64,000 nucleotides of DNA from an uncultured Gaiellaceae bacterium (GTDB lineage Bacteria; Actinomycetota; Thermoleophilia; Gaiellales; Gaiellaceae): positions 5,384 to 69,383 of the forward strand of contig CAWGZI010000008.1 of assembly GCA_963827015.1 (NCBI GenBank), given 5' to 3'. Position 1 is the stretch's first letter. Every line of letters begins with the position of its first letter. Shown here one piece after another: positions 31,989-40,925 of the stretch. The notes under the pieces were generated by a model. That model made no database searches. It had not been told where the DNA came from and worked only from the letters and a program-made list of their open reading frames with translations. The position numbers and the translations under genes were made by a program.

Positions 31989-33248
31989 GAGGCGGACGAC
32001 GAGCGGGATCGCGAGCAGCACCGGGACGCCGAGGATCGGCCAGAGCGCCTGGTAGCCGCGTGTCCCTTCGAGCGTGCCCGAGAGGATGTCGATCGCCGCA
32101 CCGGCGAGCAGCGGCCCCGTCAGCAGCCCGATGCCCTTGGTCGTCGTCGCCAGACCCGAGATCGCGCCGCGGTCGGCGGGCGGCATCAGCTTGAAGAGAA
32201 GCCCCCAGGCGAGCGTCATCACAGTCCCGCCCGCGATCGCGACGACGAAGATCACCGGCAGGTACCAGCGGTGCCACTCGTCGCCCAGGCCGCCGAAGAG
32301 GAGCCCCATCCCGTACACGACCGAAGCGGCCGCGATCACGCGGCTGAGGCCGAAGCGGTCGCCGAGGAAGCCCGACCCGGCCGCGGCGACGACGTAGCCG
32401 CCCGCGACGGCCGCGAGCACCGCCGTCGTCGTCCCGAGAGGCTGCCCGAGCCCCACGGTGAGGTAGAGGACGACGAAGGTTCGTGCGCCGGCGAAAGCCC
32501 CCTCCCACGCCGTGTTCGCGATCAGGAAGCGGCGCACGTCCGGGTCGCGGTGAAGCACGGTCCAGCTGTGCTGCAGGTAGGCGCGGACGCCCTCGAAGAC
32601 GCGCCCGTGGCCTCCGTCCTCGCGCACGAACAGCACCGGGGTCGCGCAGGCGGCGACGACGACGATCGCCGCGACCAGGAACGGGAACGCCTCCCAGACG
32701 TGGAAGAGCGCGCCACCGCCGATCAGCGCCGTGCCGAGCGCCAGGCCGCGCATCAGGTGCTGCGCGCTCTGGGCGCGGCCGTAGAGCCGCGTCGGCAGCA
32801 GGTCCGGATAGAGGCCGCGGTAGGGCGGCTCGTAGACGTAGTAGGCGAAGAAGAACGCGAAGACGAGCAGCGCCGTCGTCCAGAGGCTCGGCATGAAGGC
32901 CATCAGCGCGAGGCAGAAACCGATCGGGCCGAGCGCGACGAGCATGAACGGCCGCCGTCGGCCGAGCGGCGTGTGGAACGAGTCGCTCCACGGCCCGATC
33001 ACGAGCGGCAGCGTGATCGCGAACAGCCCCTCCGCCGCGAGCACGAGCGCGATCAGCGTCGCCGAGGTCGTGAACTGCCCGAGCAGCGGCGGCAGGTACG
33101 CCGCCGTCGTCGTCAGGGAGAAGGCGAGCCCGAAGGCGCCGAGGCCGAGCGTCCAGACGACCCGCGTGTGGCCGGGCTCAGACGGCTGCAGCAGCTCCGT
33201 CGCGGGTGAGCCCGCCGCAGAGGAGGGCGACGACGGTTCGCTCGGCAC
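31929..33248 (-). CDS. MFS transporter
   Basis: 439 aa, about 12 hydrophobic helices, GPWSDSFHTPLGRRRPF loop motif. Lies downstream of, and overlapping, the TetR gene on the same strand. Confidence 0.85.
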   Translation of the reverse strand: MPSEPSSPSSAAGSPATELLQPSEPGHTRVVWTLGLGAFGLAFSLTTTAAYLPPLLGQFTTSATLIALVLAAEGLFAITLPLVIGPWSDSFHTPLGRRRPFMLVALGPIGFCLALMAFMPSLWTTALLVFAFFFAYYVYEPPYRGLYPDLLPTRLYGRAQSAQHLMRGLALGTALIGGGALFHVWEAFPFLVAAIVVVAACATPVLFVREDGGHGRVFEGVRAYLQHSWTVLHRDPDVRRFLIANTAWEGAFAGARTFVVLYLTVGLGQPLGTTTAVLAAVAGGYVVAAAGSGFLGDRFGLSRVIAAASVVYGMGLLFGGLGDEWHRWYLPVIFVVAIAGGTVMTLAWGLLFKLMPPADRGAISGLATTTKGIGLLTGPLLAGAAIDILSGTLEGTRGYQALWPILGVPVLLAIPLVVRLSAAERHAGPGKPESPEPIT

Positions 33249-33795
33249 GTGCCACCTCCTCGTCGCCGTCCGGCAGCTGTGCCAGCACCCAGCCCGTGAG
33301 GATCTCCTCGAGCCCGCCGTAGAAGATCCAGCTCGCCAGACGCGGGTCGACGTCGTCCCGGAACGACCCGTCGCGCTGGCCTCGCTCGATCACGCGCTGG
33401 ATCACCCGGAACCCGGCACCGATCTCCTCCACCTGCCCCTGGAGCTGCGGGCTGCGTGCGACCTCTCGGACCATCACGCGGACGAGGTCGGGCCGGTCTC
33501 GCCACGCACGCAGGAGCGTCTTCGCGAGGGCGCCGAGCTGCTCGAGCGGCGCCGCGTCGGAGGCCTCGATCCGCGCGAAGGCCTCGAGCAACTCGCTCCA
33601 GTTCTCCCGGAAGACGGTCTCGAGGACCTGCTCCTTCGAGGCGAAGTAGTGATAGAGGAGGCCGTGCGCGATCCCGGCCTCCTCGGCGATGTCGCCGACG
33701 CGGGAGGTGTGGTAGCCCTTCGTCGCGAAGACCCGCACGGCGGCGTCGAGGATGACGCGGCGCTTGTCGGGCGCGGTGGTTGAACGGTCAGTCAA
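33178..33795 (-). CDS. TetR-family transcriptional regulator
   Basis: C-terminal 205 aa of ORF 33178..35238. TTG at 33795 is the only start that preserves the HTH (ILDAAVRVFATKGYHTSRVGDIAEEAGIAHGLLYHYFASKE). Confidence 0.88.
   Translation of the reverse strand: MTDRSTTAPDKRRVILDAAVRVFATKGYHTSRVGDIAEEAGIAHGLLYHYFASKEQVLETVFRENWSELLEAFARIEASDAAPLEQLGALAKTLLRAWRDRPDLVRVMVREVARSPQLQGQVEEIGAGFRVIQRVIERGQRDGSFRDDVDPRLASWIFYGGLEEILTGWVLAQLPDGDEEVARAERTVVALLCGGLTRDGAAAAV
33780..33795. promoter_or_regulatory. Candidate TetR operator, TTGAACGGTCAGTCAA
   Basis: Lies at the 5' edge of the TetR gene, overlapping its TTG start, and 30 nt from the divergent CoA-transferase start. Shares TTGA-N3-GTCAGTCAA with 27275..27290. 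Confidence 0.3.
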
Positions 33796-33825
33796 CGCCG
33801 GCTCACTGTAGTACGTTCCGCGGCG

Positions 33826-34791
33826 GTGGAGCCCCTCGCCGGACTGCTCGTCGTCGACCTGACCCGGTACCTGCCCGGCGCGTTCGCCTCCCGCGAGCTG
33901 CAGCGACTCGGCGGTCGCGTCGTCAGGGTGGAGCCGCCCGAAGGCGATCCGATGCGCCACGTCGCGCCCGCGTGGGACGACGCGCTGAACGGCGGTAAGG
34001 AGTCGGTCGCGTGCGATCTGAAGGCGGATCCGGCACTGGCGCGGGGGCTGCTCGCGCGGGCCGACGTCGTGCTCGAGGGGTTCCGGCCGGGCGTCGCGGC
34101 GCGTCTCGGCGTCGGCCCCGACGACGCGCCCGCCACCGCGGTCTACTGCTCGATCACGGGCTTCGGCACCGAAGGGCCGCACGTCGCCCGCGCGGGCCAC
34201 GACCTCAACTACCTCGGTTGGGCGGGCGTGCTCGAGGACACCGCGCCCGGCCTGCCTCCGCTCCAGCCTGCCGACCTCGCGGCGGGCGCGCTCGCCGCCG
34301 CAACCGAGATCCTCGCCGCACTGCTCGAGCGCGGGCGGACCGGCAGCGGCGCCCGACTGACGATCTCGATGACGCACGGCTCGCACCGCCTTGTCGCGCA
34401 CCGGCTCGGCGGCGACCCCCTGCCGCGCTTCCTCACGGGCGGGCTCGCCTGCTACCGGATCTACGAGACCGCGGACGGGCGCCACCTCACGGTCGGCGCG
34501 CTCGAGCCGAAGTTCTTCCAGCGGCTCTGCGAGCTGGTCGGCCGGCCGGAGCTGGCCGAGCGCCAGCTCGTCGCCGACGCCCAGGCCGGTCTCGCCGCCG
34601 AGCTCGCCGCAGTCTTCGTGGGGCGACCGCTCGCCGCGTGGCTCGAGCTCTTCGACGGCGAGGACGTCTGCGTCGGCCCGGTCGCGACACTGGCCGAGGC
34701 TGCGGCGGAGTTCGGCGCGGTTCCCGCATTGCCGTCCGCTGCGGTCGGGCAGCATACGGAGCGATGGCGGGGGGAGCTCGGGTTGTCCTGA
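33826..34791 (+). CDS. Family III CoA-transferase (CaiB/BaiF)
   Basis: 321 aa, GTG start. LLVVDLTRYLPG...DVVLEGFRPG...GHDLNY. Confidence 0.85.
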   Translation: MEPLAGLLVVDLTRYLPGAFASRELQRLGGRVVRVEPPEGDPMRHVAPAWDDALNGGKESVACDLKADPALARGLLARADVVLEGFRPGVAARLGVGPDDAPATAVYCSITGFGTEGPHVARAGHDLNYLGWAGVLEDTAPGLPPLQPADLAAGALAAATEILAALLERGRTGSGARLTISMTHGSHRLVAHRLGGDPLPRFLTGGLACYRIYETADGRHLTVGALEPKFFQRLCELVGRPELAERQLVADAQAGLAAELAAVFVGRPLAAWLELFDGEDVCVGPVATLAEAAAEFGAVPALPSAAVGQHTERWRGELGLS

Positions 34792-35999
34792 TCGCGGTGG
34801 CGCTCGCGCCGCTGCCCTTGCTCGCCGCCGTCGCCTGGAGCACACAGGCCGAGGCGGCCCGTGGACTCCGGCCGGCAGTCGTCTCGGTTCGCGACGGCGA
34901 TCTCTACGTCGGTGCGCGCCAGGTGACGAGCGGCGGCGCGGACAGCGATCCCGACTGGTCCCCCGACCGCCGCCGGATCGCCTTCGTCCGCCAGGATCCG
35001 GGCAAGCGCTCCTCCGCGCTCTACGTGATCCGCCGCGACGGCAGCGGGCTCGTGCGCCTGACGCGGGCAGCGCAGGCCGTGTCGATGCCCGCGTGGAGCG
35101 GCGACGGCCTCCGGATCGCCTTCGCCGCCAGCCCGCTCGCCGGCGGCAGCTTCGACATCTGGACAACGACCCTCGAAGGAGGAGCGCTCCAGCGGGTCGC
35201 CGGAGGCCCCGCCGAGCAGGTCGCGCCATCGTTCTCACGGAGCGGGAAGGTCACGTTCCGCGTGGTCGAGCCCGGGGAGCCGTTCCCGGTGAAGACGAGC
35301 GACTCCGGCACGCCGCAGGTCGGCCCGCGCGAGCTCCTGCCCGACCTCGACCAGCGTGCGCCGTTCCGGCTGACGATGGCCGGCACGAAGCTCGGCTTCG
35401 CCTCCGCGACGGACAACGTCGGCGAAGGCCCCGTCTGGGTCCGCGGCAGGAGAGGCTCCGCGACCGGCCCGATGCGCGCACAGCAGCTGGTGAGCATGTC
35501 CAATCGCTCCGTGCGCATCTACGACGACGCCGGCCGGCTCCGCTACACCCCTTCCCCGACGCATACGCACTGGCACCTGCTCGGCTTCCAGCGATACGAG
35601 CTGCGCAGCGTCGACGGCGCGCTGATCGTCCGCGACCGCAAGAGCGGCTTCTGCCTCGCCGACCACTACGGCCTGGCGGCGCGTCGCGTCGCGGTCTTCA
35701 CCGGCGGCCGGTTCTTCGGCAACTGCGCGCAGGGGAACCCCGGCGCGCTGTCGGTCGAGCAGGGCACGTCGATCGGCTTCACCGACCTCTACCCGGCGCA
35801 CTTCCACGGCCAGAACCTCGAGCTGCGGGGGGTGCCCGCAGGCGTCTATCTGCTCGTCCACCGAGCGAACCCGGAGCGCAGGCTCGAGGAGCTCGACTAC
35901 ACGAACAACGACGCCTCGCTGCGGATCCGATTGACCTGGAGCGGGGGCGTTCCGCACGTGCGGACGCTCCGCACGTGCCAGTCGTCGGCGACCTGCTAA
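34764..35999 (+). CDS. Secreted PD40/TolB-like propeller fused to a lysyl-oxidase-like (LOX) catalytic domain
   Basis: ATG at 34764 (411 aa, C-terminal part of ORF 34011..35999). Signal peptide; PD40-type repeats (DPDWSPDRRRIAFV, MPAWSGDGLRIAFA). C-terminus HTHWH...RKSGFCLAD...EQGTSIGFTDLY...GVYLLVHRANP...LDYTNND parallels human LOX as I remember it (HQHYH, KASFCLED, QGLSPGCYDTY, GNYILKVSVNP, SDYTNN). Confidence 0.75.
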   Translation: MAGGARVVLIAVALAPLPLLAAVAWSTQAEAARGLRPAVVSVRDGDLYVGARQVTSGGADSDPDWSPDRRRIAFVRQDPGKRSSALYVIRRDGSGLVRLTRAAQAVSMPAWSGDGLRIAFAASPLAGGSFDIWTTTLEGGALQRVAGGPAEQVAPSFSRSGKVTFRVVEPGEPFPVKTSDSGTPQVGPRELLPDLDQRAPFRLTMAGTKLGFASATDNVGEGPVWVRGRRGSATGPMRAQQLVSMSNRSVRIYDDAGRLRYTPSPTHTHWHLLGFQRYELRSVDGALIVRDRKSGFCLADHYGLAARRVAVFTGGRFFGNCAQGNPGALSVEQGTSIGFTDLYPAHFHGQNLELRGVPAGVYLLVHRANPERRLEELDYTNNDASLRIRLTWSGGVPHVRTLRTCQSSATC

Positions 36000-36676
36000 A
36001 CGGCCCGCAGGCCGAGAGCCGCCGGCAGCGCGAGCAGGTCGGGAAGCCGGTCCGGCTCGTCGAGGCGGCGGCCGTCGCGGTCGAGCAGGAACGCCTTCAT
36101 CCCGAGCGCCCGGGCGCCCTCGATGTCGTCCTCGTAGGAATCGCCGATCATCGCCGCCTCCTCGGGCTCGACGCCCAGCAGCGCAAGCGCGTGGCGGAAG
36201 ATCTCCGGGTGCGGCTTCGTCCGCCCGAACGCGCGCGAGCCGATCGCGCAGTCCGCGTCGAGGCCGTGATGCGAGACGAACTCCTCCAGGTCGCGGCTGC
36301 CGTTCGAGATCAGCCCGATCTTGACGCCGTGGTCGCGCAGCGCCTGGAGCGCCGGCAGCGCGTCGTCGTAGAGCGTGAAGCGCTCGTGCTCCTCCCACGT
36401 TCGCACGAGCTCCTCCGCGCAGGCCCGCGCGCCTTCGGCGTCGCCGCCCATTCCTCGGACGATCTGCTCGGTGAACTCGACCCAGATCTCGTCGTCGTGC
36501 ACGTGGTCGGGGTGACGCTGCAGCGAGTCGAGCGCCGCCCGGCGCGACTCCTCGTACGACTCTGGGTCGAGAACGAGGCCGTGGCGCTCGCCGACCTTGC
36601 GGTAGCCCTCGGGACCGAGCTCCGGTCCGGGGCGAGCGAGCGTGAAGTCGACGTCGAAGAGCACCGCTTTCAGCAC
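35996..36676 (-). CDS. HAD-superfamily hydrolase
   Basis: GTG at 36676, 226 aa. LFDVDFTL (motif I), ISNG, KPHPEIF, GDSYEDDIEGA (motif IV). Confidence 0.8.
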   Translation of the reverse strand: MLKAVLFDVDFTLARPGPELGPEGYRKVGERHGLVLDPESYEESRRAALDSLQRHPDHVHDDEIWVEFTEQIVRGMGGDAEGARACAEELVRTWEEHERFTLYDDALPALQALRDHGVKIGLISNGSRDLEEFVSHHGLDADCAIGSRAFGRTKPHPEIFRHALALLGVEPEEAAMIGDSYEDDIEGARALGMKAFLLDRDGRRLDEPDRLPDLLALPAALGLRAV

Positions 36677-36737
36677 GGCTGAATCATGGCAGCGCGGCGG
36701 ATTCCACAAAACGACGATCCAGGCGTATCCTCGAAAC

Positions 36738-37454
36738 ATGTCCACGGAGCGGTTCCATGCGAGCCACGCGGAGACGCCGCGGTGGTCGTCTGCCGCCGCC
36801 GCGATCGAGGCTGCGGACCGAGCTGCGGCGCACTGGAGCGCGCGCACCGAGGCGGTGCTCGCCTTCTTGCTCGTGGGGAATGCGGTGCTGGCGGCGATCG
36901 GCGTCGGTCTGGGGCGATTCCTGTTCGACGACCCGGCGCTGTGGTTCCGGGAGCTGATGCCGGGGACGCTGCTGAGCGCGGCGCACATGCTGGCTGCCGC
37001 CGTCGCCGCCCGGGCGGTCCACCGCCGCGACCCGTCGGGGAAGCGGTGGTACGAGAGCTTCTGGGGGCTGTCGGCCGCGCTGCTCACCGTCCTCGCCGCC
37101 GTCGAGCTGACACAGCCCACCGTGTTCCTCAGCCACTGGCTCCGGGATGCCCACGGCGTCGGCGCACCGGAAGGGGTCTCGGACGTGGACGGGCTGCTCG
37201 TCGCGCTCCTGCTCGTGGCAGTCGTCGCCGTGCTCGCGCCCCGCGCGCTCGTGCTGGCGCGCTATCCGCGCGCGCTGGCGCTGTTCGCCGGCGCGGCGGT
37301 GCTCGCCGCGACGTCGCAGGCGATCGACGCCACCGCCCGCGTGAGCGAGTGGGAGTTCGTGGTCGAGGACGGTGCGAAGGCGCTCGCCGGACCGTTCCTG
37401 CTGGCGGGTTATCTCGCCGCGTTGCGGGTCGCGTCTGCCAGACGATCGCACTGA
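36738..37454 (+). CDS. Hypothetical integral membrane protein
   Basis: ATG at 36738 (residue 33 of ORF 36642..37454). About 6 hydrophobic helices; no family recognised. Confidence 0.5.
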   Translation: MSTERFHASHAETPRWSSAAAAIEAADRAAAHWSARTEAVLAFLLVGNAVLAAIGVGLGRFLFDDPALWFRELMPGTLLSAAHMLAAAVAARAVHRRDPSGKRWYESFWGLSAALLTVLAAVELTQPTVFLSHWLRDAHGVGAPEGVSDVDGLLVALLLVAVVAVLAPRALVLARYPRALALFAGAAVLAATSQAIDATARVSEWEFVVEDGAKALAGPFLLAGYLAALRVASARRSH

Positions 37455-37518
37455 ATCCGCCCGACGTCGCCCTCGATCGGGTGGTTTTCGCGGCCGACGA
37501 TGCGGCTACCTTGAGCTC

Positions 37519-38175
37519 GTGCGCACACGGACCTCATTCGCAACGGCTGGTGCGGCCGCGGTCGTCGTGGTGCTCTGGGCCGCCGTCCAGTTCGACTCGG
37601 CGCTCGTTCGGCTCGATGCTGCGACGGTGGGGCTGCTCCACGGCCTCGCGACCGACGAGGTGACCGCGCTAGCAGCCGCCGTCACCGCGCTCGCCGGCAC
37701 CACGGCGGTCCTGCTCGTCGGCGCGGTGGCCACCGGCTCCCTCGTCGTTCGCGGCCAGCTGCACGCCGGCATCTCGCTGGCGCTCGCCGTCGGCGGAACA
37801 CAGGCGATCGTGTTCGGAATCAAGGAGCTCGTCGCCCGCGCGCGACCACCCGCGTCGTCCGCCCTCGTCGACGCGGCGGGCCACGCGTTTCCGAGCGCGC
37901 ACGCGGCCAGCAGCGTCGCGCTCTACGGCCTGCTGACCGTCCTCGTGCTGCGTCGCGTCCACGGTCGAGCGCGTGCGGCAGCTGTCGGGCTCGCCGCCAC
38001 CGGCGTCGGAACCATCGGCTTCACGCGCATCTACCTCGGGGCGCACTACCCGAGTGACGTCGTCGCCGGGTGGCTCGTGGGCGCTCTGGTCGCCGTCGCC
38101 GCCTGGCAGCTCGCCCGCCTGCTGAGTGGGCGCGTCGTCGTCGCGGCCGCCGGTGCCGGCGGCGGCACACGCTAG
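37519..38175 (+). CDS. PAP2-family phosphatase
   Basis: GTG at 37519 (residue 50 of ORF 37372..38175). KELVARARP, PSAHA and YLGAHYPSD match the three PAP2 motifs. Confidence 0.8.
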   Translation: MRTRTSFATAGAAAVVVVLWAAVQFDSALVRLDAATVGLLHGLATDEVTALAAAVTALAGTTAVLLVGAVATGSLVVRGQLHAGISLALAVGGTQAIVFGIKELVARARPPASSALVDAAGHAFPSAHAASSVALYGLLTVLVLRRVHGRARAAAVGLAATGVGTIGFTRIYLGAHYPSDVVAGWLVGALVAVAAWQLARLLSGRVVVAAAGAGGGTR

Positions 38176-38185
38176 GCTCGAATCC

Positions 38186-38581
38186 ATGCGCACGCCGGCC
38201 CAGATCCTTCGGGACGCGAGGACGATCGCGCTCGTCGGCGCTTCGCCGAAGCCCGACCGGCCGAGCCACGGCGTCATGCGCTACCTCCTCGCCCAGGGCT
38301 ACGACGTCATCCCGGTGCGGCCCGCCGGCTGCGACGAGGTGCTCGGCGTGCCGTGCGTGCAGACGCTGGCCGAGATCGACCGGCCGATCGACCTCGTCGA
38401 CGTCTTCCGCCGCGCCGAGCTGACGCCGCCACATGCGGAGGAGGCGGTCGCGGTCGGCGCCGGCGCGCTGTGGCTCCAGCTGGGGATCGTCTCCGACGAG
38501 TCGCGCCGGATCGCGGAGGCGGCGGGGGTCGACTACGTCGAGGACCTCTGCACCGCGGTCGTGCACCGCTACGACCTCTAG
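38186..38581 (+). CDS. CoA-binding domain protein (YccU-like)
   Basis: ATG at 38186, 131 aa. IALVGASPKPDRPSHGV...DLVDVFRR. Confidence 0.82.
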   Translation: MRTPAQILRDARTIALVGASPKPDRPSHGVMRYLLAQGYDVIPVRPAGCDEVLGVPCVQTLAEIDRPIDLVDVFRRAELTPPHAEEAVAVGAGALWLQLGIVSDESRRIAEAAGVDYVEDLCTAVVHRYDL

Positions 38582-39913
38582 CTACGGCAGCGCGACACCC
38601 GCCTTCAGCACGGGGCACATGAAGCCGAACGTCTCGTGCGGCACGAACGAGACATCGGTTGCCGTGCCGCCGATCCACTCGTCCCGTACCGGCGCCTTCA
38701 CCTTCTTGCCGGTGAGGCCGCCGCCGTCGATCCGGAGCACGTCGACGCCGCGGTAGGCATCGGCGGTGTAGACGATCTCGCCGTTCGGGTCGGTCGGCGA
38801 CCAGTACGCGGCCCAGGTCGAGCCGTTGGCCGGGATGTAGTAGCCGACCTGGACGATCTCGGTCGGCGAGCGGTAGTCGAGGAAGCGGACGCCTTGCTCG
38901 TACCAGCCGACGGCCGCGATCCCGTCCTTCGCGTCGAACCAGTGCGAGGAGCAGTTGACCGTCACCGGCGCCTTCGAGTCGACGGCGCCGCTCGTGAACA
39001 TCCCGTTCAGCTCCGTCTCCCAGGTGGCGAGCGGCGTGATCGCGCCGCCCTTGCCCAGACGGGAGAGGTCCCACGTCTCGAACTTGCCCTGACCGCGGCA
39101 GCCGCCGGGCGGCACCTCGCTCGTGTCGATGTAGTCCTCCTCGGTGATCAGCAGTGTCTTCCCGCGCCGCTGCGAGTTGTGGAGGATGAAGTCGTTGTAC
39201 GGCGAGGGGTTGCGGCCCGCCTCCCCGGTGGAGCCGAGCAGCTGCGGGGCGAGCGGGTTCGCGGTGAGGCGGTAGCCCGCGGCGCCCCCGCCGCCAACCG
39301 ACCAGACGGTGCCGGTGCTGTCGAGCTCGGAATCGTGCGTGATGTCGAAGTCGCTCTCTGAGGCCACCGACCGGAACTTGCCGAGCGAGCGCGGCGCGCT
39401 CGGGACGGTGAGGTCGACGACCTCGACGAGGTTGCCGCCGTCGACCCAGGCCTGCGAGCAGTCGGTCTTGACGAAGTTCGCGATGTGGCCGGCGCCGCGC
39501 CCGCTGCCCGTGAGCCCGAGCGGGAGAATCGCGGTGACCACCGGCGTCGTCCGGTTGGCGATGCTGACGACGTACATGACGGCGCCGAGGTCGAGCTCCG
39601 CGCGGTCGTTGACGACGAGCAGCGTGTCGCCGCAGAGGTCGACGTCCTCGTTCTCGAAGTGCGGCAGCGGCAGCGCGCCGACGACCTGCGGGTCGTCCGC
39701 CTGGGCGATGTCGAGGACGGTGATCCCGCCCCAGCCGCTGACGTAGGCGTAGTGGCCTGCGAAGGTCATCCCGGCCGCGCTCCCCGGCACGTGACCGAGG
39801 AGGTGCACGTTGCTCGAGTTCGCGAGCGGCGGCTCTGCGGGAAGCGCCCCACCCGCAGCCGGAATCACGGTCAGGACGGTCGCAACCCCAATCAGCGCCA
39901 AGAGGATCTTCAT
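38582..39913 (-). CDS. Secreted beta-propeller protein with LVIVD-like repeats
   Basis: 443 aa. Signal peptide MKILLALIGVATVLTVIPAAG. Recurring strand motifs ITVLDI, LLVVND, VEVVDL, VDVLRI. Confidence 0.65.
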   Translation of the reverse strand: MKILLALIGVATVLTVIPAAGGALPAEPPLANSSNVHLLGHVPGSAAGMTFAGHYAYVSGWGGITVLDIAQADDPQVVGALPLPHFENEDVDLCGDTLLVVNDRAELDLGAVMYVVSIANRTTPVVTAILPLGLTGSGRGAGHIANFVKTDCSQAWVDGGNLVEVVDLTVPSAPRSLGKFRSVASESDFDITHDSELDSTGTVWSVGGGGAAGYRLTANPLAPQLLGSTGEAGRNPSPYNDFILHNSQRRGKTLLITEEDYIDTSEVPPGGCRGQGKFETWDLSRLGKGGAITPLATWETELNGMFTSGAVDSKAPVTVNCSSHWFDAKDGIAAVGWYEQGVRFLDYRSPTEIVQVGYYIPANGSTWAAYWSPTDPNGEIVYTADAYRGVDVLRIDGGGLTGKKVKAPVRDEWIGGTATDVSFVPHETFGFMCPVLKAGVALP

Positions 39914-40030
39914 CGCCGCACTCCTTTTGCAGGCCGTAGAAACGGACCACGTACCCGGGGCAACGGTTCTCTAACGTGTAAACCGGCACGGCCGCGAAGC
40001 GGCCCTGCCGCTTCAGGGATCTTCGCGCGA

Positions 40031-40058
40031 CGAGGATCCGCCGCGAGGCGGATCCTCG
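40031..40058 (-). terminator. Perfect 12-bp GC-rich hairpin (CGAGGATCCGCC-GCGA-GGCGGATCCTCG), 15 nt downstream of tRNA-Pro
   Basis: Read from the sequence. It lies between the tRNA 3' end (40073) and the start of the next minus-strand gene (39913). No U-tract follows on the minus strand. Confidence 0.5.
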
Positions 40059-40072
40059 TCTTGCGCTGGTAG

Positions 40073-40146
40073 TCGGGGTGCCGAGATTTGAACTCGGGAC
40101 CTCTCCGACCCGAACGGAGCGCGCTACCAGGCTGCGCCACACCCCG
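40073..40146 (-). tRNA. tRNA-Pro: tRNA-Pro, anticodon CGG
   Basis: 74 nt folded by hand: acceptor CGGGGTG/CACCCCG; D arm GCGC-AGCCTGGTA-GCGC; anticodon arm CTCCG-TTCGGGT-CGGAG; variable loop AGGTC; T arm CCGAG-TTCAAAT-CTCGG; discriminator A. CCA is not encoded. Confidence 0.93.
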
Positions 40147-40175
40147 AGCGGGCAAAGGGTAGCGATAATCGGCCC

Positions 40176-40925
40176 GTGGCTCAGCGCGACGAGATCATCC
40201 GCTTCGCCAACGAGCTGCTCGAGACGGATCGCTTTCCCGAGTACGGCCCGCCGGGCCTGCAGGTCGCCGGCGCCGACGAGGTGACCAAGATCGCGTGTGG
40301 CGTCTCGTCCTCGAAGGAGCTGTTCCAGCGCGCCGCCGCCGCCGGCGCCCAGCTCGTGATCGTGCACCACGGCATGTTCTGGCGGAACGAGCCCGTCTGG
40401 ATCGACCGTCGCCAGCGCGGACGCCTCGAGGCGCTCTTCGCGGCCGACCTGAACCTCGCGGCGTATCACCTCGCGCTCGACGCCCATCCGGAGCTCGGGA
40501 ACAACGCGCTCCTCGCCGACGCCCTCGGCGTCACGGACGAGCGCTGCGCGTTCGGCGACGTCGGCATCGGCGGCTGCCTGCACGAGCCGTGGGCGCTCGA
40601 CGAGCTCGTTGCGCGGATCACGGACGTCGTCGGCGGGCGCGAGCCGCTCGTCTACCCGCACGGCCCGACGCAGGTGCAGCGGGTGGCGATCTGCTCCGGC
40701 GGCGCCGGCGGCGAGCTGATCCGGGCCGCCCACGAGGGCTACGACCTACTGCTCACCGGCGAGCCGGAGGAGCCGAGCCTGCAGACCGCGCGCGAGCTCG
40801 AGATCCACTTCGTCGCCGCGGGTCACGACGCGACCGAGCGGCTCGGCGTCCAGGCCCTGTCGAAGCGGCTGGCCGAGCACTTCGGACTCGAGTGGGAGTT
40901 CATCGAGCTGGACAACCCGGTCTGA
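40176..40925 (+). CDS. Nif3-family dinuclear metal centre protein
   Basis: 249 aa, GTG start. QLVIVHHG...AAYHLALDAHPELGNN...AAGHDATE. Confidence 0.85.
   Translation: MAQRDEIIRFANELLETDRFPEYGPPGLQVAGADEVTKIACGVSSSKELFQRAAAAGAQLVIVHHGMFWRNEPVWIDRRQRGRLEALFAADLNLAAYHLALDAHPELGNNALLADALGVTDERCAFGDVGIGGCLHEPWALDELVARITDVVGGREPLVYPHGPTQVQRVAICSGGAGGELIRAAHEGYDLLLTGEPEEPSLQTARELEIHFVAAGHDATERLGVQALSKRLAEHFGLEWEFIELDNPV

Noticed and set aside
39914-40175. An integrative element or prophage junction at tRNA-Pro
   Set aside because: There is no integrase, excisionase or phage gene on either side. I noticed no duplicated tRNA 3' segment in the window, and flanking genes have the same composition as the rest.
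38307-40733. An 808-aa minus-strand ORF spanning the propeller gene, the tRNA and Nif3
   Set aside because: It reads straight through a well-folded tRNA-Pro and antisense to Nif3. Its composition is Arg/Gly/Pro-rich junk. The in-frame alternatives (38582..39913 and 40176..40925) have family-typical sequences.
40176-40925. Nif3 (historically labelled GTP cyclohydrolase 1 type 2) as the replacement for the missing folE
   Set aside because: That label is a legacy annotation. The established alternative GTP cyclohydrolase (FolE2) belongs to a different family. The gene lies 28 kb from the fol cluster with no linkage, and the sequence does not support the functional claim.
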